A model generated the notes under the pieces. It ran no database searches and was not told the DNA's origin. It worked only from the letters and a program-made list of their open reading frames with translations. This document shows, in pieces, positions 49,247 to 59,553 of a DNA stretch of 64,000 nucleotides. Position numbers and translations under genes: made by a program. The DNA is from Actinomycetota bacterium (lineage in GTDB: Bacteria; Actinomycetota; Humimicrobiia; Humimicrobiales; Humimicrobiaceae), in assembly GCA_051744345.1 (NCBI GenBank), contig JBNJCW010000001.1, forward strand, positions 9,498-73,497. The letters run 5' to 3'. How positions within the stretch are numbered: position 1 is the stretch's first letter; each line of letters begins with the position of its first letter.

Positions 49247-49504
49247 TTGAGTGTAAAAATTAGGTTGACCAGGATAGGTTTTAAGAAAAAGCCATTTTAC
49301 AGAATTGTGGTGGCTGACAGCAGGTCTCCAAGGGATAGTAAGATAATTGATAATATTGGAACTTACGATCCCAAAACGGATCCTTCAACTGTGGAAATCG
49401 ATAAGGAAAAGGCTTTAGACTGGATTAAGAAAGGAGCAAAACCTACCAATACGGTGCAGAAGCTTTTTGAGAAGCTCAATTTAATCAGTAGTGACAACAA
49501 ATAA
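49247..49504 (+). CDS. rpsP: 30S ribosomal protein S16
   Basis: [31 protein letters not shown] start. Confidence 0.9.
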   Translation: MSVKIRLTRIGFKKKPFYRIVVADSRSPRDSKIIDNIGTYDPKTDPSTVEIDKEKALDWIKKGAKPTNTVQKLFEKLNLISSDNK

Positions 49505-49519
49505 AACTGGAGGTCAATT

Positions 49520-49753
49520 GTGAAAGAACTACTTGAGTACATGGTAAAAGAACTAGTAGACAATCCTGATGATGTTCAAATTACTGAAGAGGAGGAAGAC
49601 GAGAAAACAGTTATATTTAAACTAAAGGTAGCCGAAGAGGACCTGGGTAAGGTAATTGGCAAAAAAGGTAGGACTGCTAATGCTTTACGGGTTATTATGA
49701 GGGCAGCTTCTGCAAAAAGAGGAAAATCTTCAATTGTAAAGATATTAGATTGA
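49520..49753 (+). CDS. KH-domain RNA-binding protein (YlqC/UPF0109 family)
   Basis: VIGKKGRTANALR GXXG KH motif, GTG start. Conserved rpsP-KH-rimM order. Confidence 0.8.
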   Translation: MKELLEYMVKELVDNPDDVQITEEEEDEKTVIFKLKVAEEDLGKVIGKKGRTANALRVIMRAASAKRGKSSIVKILD

Positions 49754-49798
49754 CGTTAAATATTTAATTTTAAATATAATTAACTTAGGCATTTCAAG

Positions 49799-50308
49799 AT
49801 GTCTCTAAGGATTGTTGGGATAATCGGAAAACCGCATGGGACCAGGGGAGAAGTAATGGTCAGGTGGGTAACCGATTATCCCAAAACTATTAATAAAGGG
49901 GATATACTTTATACAGATAGTGGCAATAAGGAGCTTACAGTGGAAAGCATCAGGGAAAAGCAGGCAAAGGGAAGAAGGATAACCCTGATAAAATTTGCCC
50001 AATTCAATCAGCCGGAGGAACTTGAAAAATACAGGGGGGATTATTTATCCAGGTCCCCGGAATCAGGACCGAGTTTGGAAAAGGATCACTACTGGCTAGA
50101 TGATCTTGAGGGCTGTGTAGTCTATGAAGGGGATAGGTTCATAGGTACAGTTGCGCAGGCACTTGACTATCCGGCAAATCAGGTGCTGGTAGTAGATATC
50201 GAGTCAACCGGAAGTTCGGTGATGGTTCCCTTTGTAGAGACATATATTAAAAAAGTTGACCTGGATAAACGTAAGATATTCCTAAAGCAGTTGCCACAGT
50301 ATATGTAA
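49799..50308 (+). CDS. rimM: 16S rRNA processing protein RimM
   Basis: GKPHGTRGEV N-terminal motif and a PRC-barrel C-terminus. Confidence 0.85.
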   Translation: MSLRIVGIIGKPHGTRGEVMVRWVTDYPKTINKGDILYTDSGNKELTVESIREKQAKGRRITLIKFAQFNQPEELEKYRGDYLSRSPESGPSLEKDHYWLDDLEGCVVYEGDRFIGTVAQALDYPANQVLVVDIESTGSSVMVPFVETYIKKVDLDKRKIFLKQLPQYM

Positions 50309-50311
50309 GGC

Positions 50312-51019
50312 TTGGATAGCATGATTACCATTGATATAATAACCATATTCCCCGATTATTTTTCTAATCTATTCGAATATGGAATATTAAAGGAAGCTTT
50401 TTCAAAAAACCTTTGCCGGGTAAATATCTATAATTTAAGGGACTTTAGCGCAGACAAGCACAGGAAGGTTGATGACCGGCCATACGGCGGGGGAGCTGGC
50501 ATGGTATTGATGCCGGAACCGCTGGACAGGGCCATACATTTCATAAAATCTAAAAACAGTATAGGAAAAAACATGCAAAAGGTCGTATTGCTGACCCCGA
50601 AAGGCAAGGTTCTTAAGCAGAAAATGCTAAAAGAGATGGTTACGCTGGAAAACATAATACTTATTTGCGGAAGATACGAGGGTGTGGATCAGAGGGTAAT
50701 CGACCTTGACATTGATACAGAGATTTCTATCGGGGATTATATACTTTCTGGCGGGGAAATCCCCGCGATGGTTATTACTGACGGCCTGATAAGGCTTCTT
50801 CCGGGGGTTGTGGGGAGGAAGGAATCGTTGGTTTCTGAATCTTTTGAAGATAACCTTCTTGATTACCCGCAGTACACCAGGCCGCCTGAATTTAAAAGTC
50901 TTAAGGTCCCCCGGGTATTATTAAGCGGGGACCATCAGAAGATAAAGCAGTGGAGAGGGGAAAAATCGGTGGAGATTACCAGAAAAAGGAGACCTGATTT
51001 ATTTGACAAAAAAAGTTAA
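50312..51019 (+). CDS. trmD: tRNA (guanine37-N1)-methyltransferase
   Basis: ITIFPDYF and a SPOUT-fold glycine-rich loop. The start is probably the ATG at 50321. Confidence 0.9.
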   Translation: MDSMITIDIITIFPDYFSNLFEYGILKEAFSKNLCRVNIYNLRDFSADKHRKVDDRPYGGGAGMVLMPEPLDRAIHFIKSKNSIGKNMQKVVLLTPKGKVLKQKMLKEMVTLENIILICGRYEGVDQRVIDLDIDTEISIGDYILSGGEIPAMVITDGLIRLLPGVVGRKESLVSESFEDNLLDYPQYTRPPEFKSLKVPRVLLSGDHQKIKQWRGEKSVEITRKRRPDLFDKKS

Positions 51020-51081
51020 ATTTCTTATATTTGTTTAGTTTCGATTAAAACATAACACATTTAAATACAGGTTGGTGAAAA

Positions 51082-51426
51082 ATGAATACTCTTGATAAGC
51101 TGGAAAACAAATATATAAAAGCGGATTTGCCTGATTTTAAGCCTGGGGATAAAATTCAGGTTAGCATAAAGATCAGCGAAGAAAAGAAGGACAGGATACA
51201 GGTTTTTGAAGGAATAGTTATTAAAAAGCAGGGAAGCGGATTAAATGAGACATTTACCGTCAGAAAGATTTCTTTTAATAATATAGGGGTAGAAAGGACT
51301 TTCCTTCTAAATTCCCCGATAATACAATCCATAACCAAGCTGCAGGAAGGTATAGTAAGAAGGGCTAAACTCTATTACCTAAGGGAGAAAATTGGGAAAA
51401 AATCCAAGGTTAAGTATAAAAAGTAG
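51082..51426 (+). CDS. rplS: 50S ribosomal protein L19
   Basis: 114 aa matching L19, with a GGTGA RBS. Confidence 0.9.
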   Translation: MNTLDKLENKYIKADLPDFKPGDKIQVSIKISEEKKDRIQVFEGIVIKKQGSGLNETFTVRKISFNNIGVERTFLLNSPIIQSITKLQEGIVRRAKLYYLREKIGKKSKVKYKK

Positions 51427-51432
51427 CTTGTA

Positions 51433-51963
51433 TTGATGACCAAAAAGAATTTGCTTAAAGAGTTTGTAAGCTATCTGGTTGTTATTGTTGCTGCGGTAGC
51501 CTTTTCACTGATTATAAGGATCTTTATATTTGAACCCTATATTGTTCCTACCCCTTCCATGGAAGACGTGCTGTTGATTGAAGATAAGGTAATTGTCAAC
51601 AAGCTGGCATACAGGTTCGGCTCTGTAGAAAGGGAGGATCTGGTTGTTTTCCATTCCCCGACCGAGTCGGGTAAAGAGCTGGTTAAAAGGGCTATAGGCC
51701 TGCCGGGAGATGAGATTACCCTGACCAACGAAGGCCGGATTTATGTAAATGGCGAATTGCTGGATGAGGGTTACGTTACCGCAAATTCAGAAATAATCTA
51801 CGAGAACAAAACGGTAGTCCTTTCCTCTGATGAATATTTTGTGATGGGTGATAACCGTAACAACAGCCTGGACAGCAGATATTTCGGGCCCATAAGGGAA
51901 AAAGATATTTTTGGCAAATTGGTTTTTATATACTGGCCGCCCCAGAGAATAAAGAGGTTATAA
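51433..51963 (+). CDS. lepB: Signal peptidase I
   Basis: SM catalytic motif (PTPSMEDVL), K box (VKRAIGLPGD) and GDNRNNSLDSRYFG. Confidence 0.85.
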   Translation: MMTKKNLLKEFVSYLVVIVAAVAFSLIIRIFIFEPYIVPTPSMEDVLLIEDKVIVNKLAYRFGSVEREDLVVFHSPTESGKELVKRAIGLPGDEITLTNEGRIYVNGELLDEGYVTANSEIIYENKTVVLSSDEYFVMGDNRNNSLDSRYFGPIREKDIFGKLVFIYWPPQRIKRL

Positions 51964-51971
51964 TCTATTTA

Positions 51972-52592
51972 ATGGATTTCAAAGAGGTAAAAAGGCTCCA
52001 GAATATCTGTGTCTATGAAGACGAGCTTTATTGTTCAGGTTACCGTTATATAGCAGGTCTGGATGAGGTGGGAAGGGGCTCGCTTGCAGGGCCGCTGGTG
52101 GCAGCTGCTGTCATACTGGATAGGAAAAAATTAATTGAAAAGATAGATGATTCAAAAAAAATGGATGCTACCACCAGAAAAAGAGTATACGGAAAGATAG
52201 TTAAGAGCTGTATCAGCTGGTCAATAGCGGAGGTTTCTGCCCGGGAAATCGATGATATCAATATTGCCAATGCGAATGTGCTGGCTTTCAAAAAAGCAGT
52301 TTCTAAGCTGGGAATAAAACCGGAAATAGTACTTGCGGACTCACTGGAAGCCGATATTGGTGTTGAAACGATACCCCTGGTTAAAGGAGAGAGCCTAAGC
52401 GTTTCAATAGCTGCTGCTTCTATCGTAGCCAAGGTTACCAGAGACAATATGATGATAGGGCTGGGGGAATCATACCCGGAGTACGGCTTTGGTTACAATA
52501 AGGGTTATGCTACCAAAAAACACCTGCTTTCCCTGCAGAAATATGGGCCATGTGATATACACAGGCTAAGCTATACAGGAGTATTAAACTAA
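51972..52592 (+). CDS. rnhB: Ribonuclease HII
   Basis: AGLDEVGRGSLAGPLV active-site motif. Confidence 0.9.
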   Translation: MDFKEVKRLQNICVYEDELYCSGYRYIAGLDEVGRGSLAGPLVAAAVILDRKKLIEKIDDSKKMDATTRKRVYGKIVKSCISWSIAEVSAREIDDINIANANVLAFKKAVSKLGIKPEIVLADSLEADIGVETIPLVKGESLSVSIAAASIVAKVTRDNMMIGLGESYPEYGFGYNKGYATKKHLLSLQKYGPCDIHRLSYTGVLN

Positions 52593-52635
52593 ATATTCAT
52601 TTGACTAAATACTTATTTGCTATTATTATTTTCCT

Positions 52636-53481
52636 ATGTGTTTTTCTCTCCTGGATAAAAAGCTGATATATATAATACATGTATTGGGTGTAGGCACCGG
52701 ATTGTTCAGCCGGGTGTACAGGGAAAATAATCTGGATCTATCCAAAACACTGAAGTGTTTTTTAAAAAAACCATTGCCCATAAAAAACGGCCGCCTGGAA
52801 AGAATTCTGGAGAGCATGGAAGAAAACGGTATAAAAGTTCTGAATATAGCAGATAAAAGATACCCCCGGGCGCTTAAACACATTGGCACTATTGCCCCTG
52901 TCTTATTCTATAAAGGTGAAAAAATTCTTAAGGATATGCCCAGGATAGCAGTGGTTGGCACAAGGAATGCTACCGCTTACGGAAGGCAGGCGGCAGACTA
53001 TTTCGGCCGGCAGCTTTCAGGAGCAAAAATTACTGTAATAAGCGGCATGGCAAAGGGTATAGACGGGTATGCCCAGAAGGCAGCCCTTAAGAAAGAAGGG
53101 GGGACAATTGGGGTTTTGGGCTGCGGGCTCTGCCATATATACCCTAAATCAAACCTTTCCCTTTACGGTGATATTTTAAAAAACGGCAGCATGGTATCAG
53201 AATACCTTCCCTGGGAACCTCCCCAGAAGAAAAATTTCCCCCAGAGAAACAGGATTATAAGCGGGCTTTCAAGCGGGGTAGTAGTGATTGAAAGCGACAG
53301 CAGGGGCGGGGCGCTTATAACTGCTGGTTTTGCCCTGGATCAGGGCAGGGAAGTTTTTGCCGTTCCCGGAAATATTTTTAGCAGAAGCAGCAGGGGGACA
53401 AACCACCTTATAAAGCAGGGGGCAAAACTTGTGACCGGGATAGACGATGTGCTGAACGAGATAAGTTGCCTGTGGGCATAA
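52636..53481 (+). CDS. dprA: DNA processing protein DprA (Rossmann-fold DNA-uptake/recombination mediator)
   Basis: GMAKGIDGYAQKAALK...GVLGCGL motif region. Short N-terminal SAM-like segment. Length 281 aa. Confidence 0.85.
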   Translation: MCFSLLDKKLIYIIHVLGVGTGLFSRVYRENNLDLSKTLKCFLKKPLPIKNGRLERILESMEENGIKVLNIADKRYPRALKHIGTIAPVLFYKGEKILKDMPRIAVVGTRNATAYGRQAADYFGRQLSGAKITVISGMAKGIDGYAQKAALKKEGGTIGVLGCGLCHIYPKSNLSLYGDILKNGSMVSEYLPWEPPQKKNFPQRNRIISGLSSGVVVIESDSRGGALITAGFALDQGREVFAVPGNIFSRSSRGTNHLIKQGAKLVTGIDDVLNEISCLWA

Positions 53482-53549
53482 ATTATATGTTTATATAATG
53501 GTTAAGCTGTTATATCATATACATTAAAAAGACAGACAGGGGTTGGGGT

Positions 53550-53969
53550 ATGGGACTGTTTAGAAGAAAAAAAGTTGAAAAACCAAAAAATCCGCTGGGA
53601 ATAGCTGTTTATAAATTCGATAATATCCTTAAGGGGAAACTGGGGAAAATAGTTAAAGCGATGCAGGCTGGAAAAACCCTGAACCCGTCCCGGACAAAAG
53701 CGGTATTGGATGAATACTTCTACAAACTAGATTATATACTGGAGGACATATCCAAGGAAAACCTGAAAATAGATTACCGGTCTGACAAGGTGAGGTATAA
53801 GGTTATAGGGATGGTCCGGGAGCTGAAGAACTACCTCCAGGCAGCAGCAGAGTTGGAATTTGACTACAAAAAGATTGAAAGAAAGCAGATTGGAAGCCCC
53901 GATAGCATTCTTTTAAAAAGGGAGAAGTTAAAAAAAGACTTAAAAGACATACAGAGCGATTATGTTTAA
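53550..53969 (+). CDS. Hypothetical soluble protein (139 aa, lysine-rich, no recognised motif)
   Basis: Intact ORF with a GGGGTTGGGG purine-rich RBS-like stretch upstream. It sits between dprA and xerC/D, where topA is found in Bacillus-type synteny. Confidence 0.45.
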   Translation: MGLFRRKKVEKPKNPLGIAVYKFDNILKGKLGKIVKAMQAGKTLNPSRTKAVLDEYFYKLDYILEDISKENLKIDYRSDKVRYKVIGMVRELKNYLQAAAELEFDYKKIERKQIGSPDSILLKREKLKKDLKDIQSDYV

Positions 53970-53971
53970 AT

Positions 53972-54877
53972 ATGGAATTTGAAAAAGCTTTAAAAAAATA
54001 CATTGATTTCTTAAGGTATGAAAAAAACCTTTCCCCCAATACAATCAACTCCTATACCAGGGATCTGAAGCACTTTTTGGGTTATTTAAAGAAGACGGGT
54101 AAGGGAAATGTCGGCAGCATTGAACTTTCGGATTTCAGGAAATACATTAAGTTTTTGGATAATTTCGGATACTCAAACAGTTCCCTGATAAGAAAATATT
54201 CTTCCTATGTTAATTTCTTCAGGTTTCTGGAGAAAAACGGGTATATGAAGAAGAATTTAAGCCAGCATATTTTACCGCCAAAAAAGAAGCAGAGATTTTT
54301 TAGTTTTCTATCCCAACAGGAAACCGGACGGCTTCTGGATTCAATACAGGAGGACAGCGATCAGGGCAGGCGCAATAAGGCGATATTTGAACTCATGTAC
54401 TCAACCGGTGCCAGGGTAAGCGAAATAGCTGGCATAAGGATGGAAGACCTGGATATGGAAAATAGCCAGATAAAGGTTACCGGCAAGGGAAACAAGCAGA
54501 GAATTGTTTATATAAACAGCAGGGCAGCAGATGCTCTGGCAGGGTATATGGAAATCAGGCATAATTTTTTGCATTCAAAACGTGGATATAAGAAAAGCCC
54601 CTACCTTTTTCTGAATAAAAACGGAGAAAGGCTTTCTACAAGGAGTATAAGTTCCCTGGTTAAGAGGTATGTGGCCGGAACACAGATAAAAAAAGATATA
54701 ACCCCCCACAGTCTGAGGCATAGTTTTGCCAGCCATATGCTTCAGGAGGGAGCAAATATTAGGGAGATACAGGAACTTTTGGGCCATGAAAATATATCAA
54801 CCACCCAGATATATGCTCATCTTAATATCAAAAAGATTAAGCAGGATTACCGAAACTATCATCCCCGGGCAAAATAG
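53972..54877 (+). CDS. Tyrosine recombinase XerC/XerD family
   Basis: R..H.LRHSFASHML...GH.....T..Y catalytic residues with the nucleophilic Tyr in IYAHL, plus an N-terminal SAM-like core-binding domain. Confidence 0.85.
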   Translation: MEFEKALKKYIDFLRYEKNLSPNTINSYTRDLKHFLGYLKKTGKGNVGSIELSDFRKYIKFLDNFGYSNSSLIRKYSSYVNFFRFLEKNGYMKKNLSQHILPPKKKQRFFSFLSQQETGRLLDSIQEDSDQGRRNKAIFELMYSTGARVSEIAGIRMEDLDMENSQIKVTGKGNKQRIVYINSRAADALAGYMEIRHNFLHSKRGYKKSPYLFLNKNGERLSTRSISSLVKRYVAGTQIKKDITPHSLRHSFASHMLQEGANIREIQELLGHENISTTQIYAHLNIKKIKQDYRNYHPRAK

Positions 54878-55012
54878 GTTTAATATGTTTGCTCAATAAA
54901 ATACTTTATGCTAAACTTGGTGATTGAATAAATACACACACCACTTGCAGCATTATGGTGTCACCTAACAGTTAAAGTGGTGGAGGAATAACCATAAGAG
55001 GGAGGAAATATT

Positions 55013-55801
55013 TTGAGTATCGTAACCATGAAACAACTTCTGGAAGTGGGGGTTCATTTCGGCCATCAGACCCGTAAATGGAACCCTAAAATGAAGAAAT
55101 ATATATATACCTCAAAAAACGGTATATATATAATTGATTTGCAGCAGACCATGCAGTTTATAATGGATGCCTATGATTTTGTTAAAAATCTGGCCAGTGA
55201 CGGGGGAACTGTTCTTTTTGTGGGAACAAAGAAACAGACCCAGGATACCATCGAAAATTATGCTAAGGACTGCGGTATGCCGTATGTAAAGAACCGCTGG
55301 TTAGGGGGCACGCTGACCAATTTTGAGACCATAAGCAAAAGGACAAAGAGGCTGCTGGAAATTGAGGAGATGGAAAAAGAGGGGGTATTTGACAAGCTCC
55401 CCAAAAAAGAGGTTCTGGGCATCAGAAAGGAATATGAAAAACTGCTGTACAATATAGGGGGGATAAGGGATTTAAAAAGGCTTCCCGAAGCCCTGTATAT
55501 TGTTGATCCCAACAAAGAAGCCATTGCGGTAAATGAAGCAAAAAAGCTTGGCATCCCCATAATAGCCATTACCGATACAAACTGCGATCCCGATGACATA
55601 GACTATATAATACCGGGAAATGATGATGCCATACGTTCGTGCAGCTTAATTACCAGCATAATTGCTGATGCAGTGAAAAAAGGAAAACAGGAAAAAGTAA
55701 AAATTGAAACAAGCCCAGAGGAAAAAGAGGCCAAAAAACTTGAAAAGGAAGTTCCGGAAGGCGAGCTCGAGGAAAAGCCTGAAGATAATGTATGGGTATA
55801 G
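55013..55801 (+). CDS. rpsB: 30S ribosomal protein S2
   Basis: [22 protein letters not shown] motif. TTG start with a GGAGG RBS 7 nt upstream. Confidence 0.95.
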   Translation: MSIVTMKQLLEVGVHFGHQTRKWNPKMKKYIYTSKNGIYIIDLQQTMQFIMDAYDFVKNLASDGGTVLFVGTKKQTQDTIENYAKDCGMPYVKNRWLGGTLTNFETISKRTKRLLEIEEMEKEGVFDKLPKKEVLGIRKEYEKLLYNIGGIRDLKRLPEALYIVDPNKEAIAVNEAKKLGIPIIAITDTNCDPDDIDYIIPGNDDAIRSCSLITSIIADAVKKGKQEKVKIETSPEEKEAKKLEKEVPEGELEEKPEDNVWV

Positions 55802-55822
55802 CAATAGAGGGAGTAGGATAAA

Positions 55823-56422
55823 ATGGAAATAAAAGCGGATTTAGTAAAGGAATTGAGAGAAAAATCTGGCGTTGGTATGATGGATTGCAAGAAAGCTCTG
55901 CTTGAAAGCAAGGGAGACCTGAAGAAGGCCGAGAAACTTTTAAGGGAAAAAGGCCTAGCAAAAGCGACCAAGAAGGCTGCCAGGGCAACAAAAGAAGGTA
56001 TCATAGACAGCTATATACATCTGGGGGCCAAGGTGGGAGTTCTGGTAGAAGCTAATTGTGAAACAGACTTTGTGGCAAAAAATGAAATGTTTAAGTCATT
56101 TGTCCATGATATAGCTCTGCATATTGCGGCAGCTGCCCCGGTTTATGTTTCCAAAGAAGATGTTCCTGAAGAAATAGTGGGAAAGGAAAAGGAAATATAT
56201 ATAAAGCAGGCCTTAAATGAAGGAAAGCCTGAAAATATTGCGGATAGAATTGCCGAAGGTAAAATTAAAAAATTCTTTGAAGAATACTGCCTTTACCAGC
56301 AGCCATTCGTAAAGGACAATGATATTACGGTGGGTGATCTGGTGAAACAGACCATAGCCAAAATAGGAGAAAACATAAAAATAAAGAGGTTTGCCCGTTT
56401 TGTGCTTGGTGAAGAATCCTAG
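55823..56422 (+). CDS. tsf: Elongation factor Ts (short form)
   Basis: LVKELREKSGVGMMDCKKAL UBA-like N-terminus, 199 aa. Confidence 0.9.
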   Translation: MEIKADLVKELREKSGVGMMDCKKALLESKGDLKKAEKLLREKGLAKATKKAARATKEGIIDSYIHLGAKVGVLVEANCETDFVAKNEMFKSFVHDIALHIAAAAPVYVSKEDVPEEIVGKEKEIYIKQALNEGKPENIADRIAEGKIKKFFEEYCLYQQPFVKDNDITVGDLVKQTIAKIGENIKIKRFARFVLGEES

Positions 56423-56429
56423 AAAATAG

Positions 56430-57149
<720 letters not shown>

Positions 57150-57152
57150 GTC

Positions 57153-57710
57153 ATGAGAGATAAAATATTCAAGGATGCTGAAAAAAGTATGGAGCAGGCT
57201 GTAGAAAAGACACACCATGAATTTAATACCATCAGGACAGGACGGGCGTCTGCTTCACTGCTGGACGAAATACATATAGACTATTATGGCACAAAGACTC
57301 CTTTAAAGCATATTGCGAACATAAGCATACCGGAAGCAAGGACGATGCTCATAGCCCCTTACGAGCCAAAATTTTTAAAGGAAATTGAAAAACAGATACT
57401 TGCTTCTGATATAGGCATAACCCCCAATAATGATGGAAAGATTATAAGGCTGAACATCCCTCCTTTAAATGAAGAAAGGAGAAAGGAACTGGTAAGGGTT
57501 ATAAAAAAGATTGCTGAGGAAGGCAGAATATCCGTAAGGAATGTCAGGCGGGATTTGAATGAAGAACTTAAGAAGATGGAAACCGACGGGGACATAACTG
57601 AGGATGACCATATACATATGCAGAAGGAAGCTCAGGAATTAACTGATGAATTTATAGAAAAAATCAACAGTGCCTTATCAAATAAAGAAAAGGAAATAAT
57701 GGAAGTGTAG
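57153..57710 (+). CDS. frr: Ribosome recycling factor
   Basis: 185 aa in the pyrH-frr order, with the RRF signature RNVRRD. Confidence 0.9.
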   Translation: MRDKIFKDAEKSMEQAVEKTHHEFNTIRTGRASASLLDEIHIDYYGTKTPLKHIANISIPEARTMLIAPYEPKFLKEIEKQILASDIGITPNNDGKIIRLNIPPLNEERRKELVRVIKKIAEEGRISVRNVRRDLNEELKKMETDGDITEDDHIHMQKEAQELTDEFIEKINSALSNKEKEIMEV

Positions 57711-57720
57711 GTAGGCTGTA

Positions 57721-58482
57721 TTGAATTTTATTTCTTCCTTTCTTTATTCTATACAAACTCCAAATGCCGAGACTCTAAAAAAAGGAAACATACCCGGACA
57801 TGTGGGAATAATAATGGACGGTAATGGGAGATGGGCTGCCAGGAGGAATCTGCCCAGGGTAATGGGGCATAGGGCAGGAGTAGAGTCTTTGAGACAGGTT
57901 ATAAAAACTTCAGTCGAGGTGGGGGTAAAGCACCTTACCGTGTTTGCTTTCTCCAGCGAGAACTGGGACCGGCCAAAAAATGAGGTTAATTTCCTGATGG
58001 AGCTTTTTGTAGATTGCCTGCAAAAGGAGCTTGAGTCCCTGAACAGCAATGGGGTAAAAATAAAAATAATTGGGGAGAGGGATAAATCTCCAAAGGAGGT
58101 TATGGACAGTTTCAGGCATGCAGAGAAGGTAACCGAGAATAATCGTAAAATGGTGTTCAGTATAGCCTTCAACTACGGCTCGCGGCAGGAAATAATAAAT
58201 GCGGCTAAAAATATATGTAAAGATTTTAAGAACAAAAAGCTGGATATGGAGAGGTTGGATGAAAATATCTTTTCGGGCTTTCTCTACACAAGGGGCTGCC
58301 CGGATCCCGACCTTATTATCAGGACCAGCGGCGAATACAGGATAAGTAATTTTTTGCTTTGGCAGAGCGCTTATGCAGAATTTTATTTTACCAGGACTCT
58401 TTGGCCTGATTTCAGCAGGAGCCACTACCTGAAAGCAATACGCAGTTATCAGAAAAGAAACCGCAGGTTCGGCAGAGTATAA
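57721..58482 (+). CDS. uppS: Undecaprenyl diphosphate synthase
   Basis: HVGIIMDGNGRWA and FSSENW motifs. TTG start at 57721 (start uncertain). Confidence 0.9.
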   Translation: MNFISSFLYSIQTPNAETLKKGNIPGHVGIIMDGNGRWAARRNLPRVMGHRAGVESLRQVIKTSVEVGVKHLTVFAFSSENWDRPKNEVNFLMELFVDCLQKELESLNSNGVKIKIIGERDKSPKEVMDSFRHAEKVTENNRKMVFSIAFNYGSRQEIINAAKNICKDFKNKKLDMERLDENIFSGFLYTRGCPDPDLIIRTSGEYRISNFLLWQSAYAEFYFTRTLWPDFSRSHYLKAIRSYQKRNRRFGRV

Positions 58483-58486
58483 TATT

Positions 58487-59551
58487 ATGAATAATTTAAC
58501 GATAATACTGCAGTATATCCTGGCCATACTTGGTTTTTCTTTCATAGTGCTTGTTCATGAATTTGGGCATTTTTTAATGGCCAAGTTAAACGGCATACAT
58601 GTAGAGGAATTCTTTATAGGCCTTGGCCCCAAACTGCTGAAGTTTAAATCAAAAGGTGGAACTACATGGGGGCTCAGCGCCATACCGGTTGGCGGCTATA
58701 ATAAGATACTGGGCATGGACAGGGATGCTGAGGTGCCGCAAGAAATGGAAGATAAGTCCTATGCCAAGAAACCGTTATACAGGAAATTTCTGGTAATTAT
58801 TGGGGGAGTAAGCTTAAATGCCGTATTTGCGGTTTTGTTAATAGCCGTATTCTTGAGTATGGGCGTTTTTGCTCCTACCACCACCATAGGTTATATCGAA
58901 CCGGATTCGCCTGCAGACCGGTACGGCTTTAAAACAGGGGATAAGGTGGTGGCCTTAAACAGCCAGGAGGTTGATAGTTGGGATGAATTTGCACAGGCTA
59001 CAAGGGAACACCCGGAAGATACTGCCCGGTATAAAGTAATAAGGGACGGCAGGGAGGCCACCATCCAGGTAGAGCTTGAAGAAAGGGAAGGGGGAAGGTA
59101 TTTGGGGATAGGCCCGGAAGTTGTAAAGGAGTACCTTTCTTTTGGACAGGTTATAAAAGAGAGCTTTGTGATGACCGGGGATATTATCAGGACCTATTTC
59201 ATGCTTTTCGGGATGCTTTTCAGCGGCCAGCTTTCTTTTACTGAAGCAAGGCCTGTATCTCCGGTAGGAGTAGTAAGCATATTTCAGCAATCTGCGGCAA
59301 TGGGTTTTCAGAATTTCATACTTTTTGTAGCCCTTGTATCCCTGCTTTTAGTTTTTGGGAACCTGCTGCCTATACTGCCGTTGGACGGCGGGCACCTGCT
59401 TGTGCTGGCAATAGAGGGTTTCAGGAAAAAACCTTTGTCCAAACGTGCGCTGGAAATTTTCAATACCATAGGTATTATTCTTCTGGTTTCGCTTCTAATA
59501 ATCGGTTTTGTTTATGATATAATAAGTCCGTTTAACCTACAGAACATGTAG
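58487..59551 (+). CDS. rseP: RIP site-2 zinc metalloprotease RseP
   Basis: HEFGHFLMA HExxH motif, a PDZ domain and the LPILPLDGGH motif. Confidence 0.85.
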   Translation: MNNLTIILQYILAILGFSFIVLVHEFGHFLMAKLNGIHVEEFFIGLGPKLLKFKSKGGTTWGLSAIPVGGYNKILGMDRDAEVPQEMEDKSYAKKPLYRKFLVIIGGVSLNAVFAVLLIAVFLSMGVFAPTTTIGYIEPDSPADRYGFKTGDKVVALNSQEVDSWDEFAQATREHPEDTARYKVIRDGREATIQVELEEREGGRYLGIGPEVVKEYLSFGQVIKESFVMTGDIIRTYFMLFGMLFSGQLSFTEARPVSPVGVVSIFQQSAAMGFQNFILFVALVSLLLVFGNLLPILPLDGGHLLVLAIEGFRKKPLSKRALEIFNTIGIILLVSLLIIGFVYDIISPFNLQNM

Positions 59552-59553
59552 CT

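Noticed and set aside
51020-51081. Possible L19 leader element upstream of rplS.
   Set aside because: The intergenic region is only 62 nt, with no convincing stem-loops beyond the RBS. It is too short to support a structured leader by eye.
52626-52889. 87-aa minus-strand ORF overlapping the dprA 5' region.
   Set aside because: It is fully embedded antisense to dprA, with no RBS and a low-complexity product.
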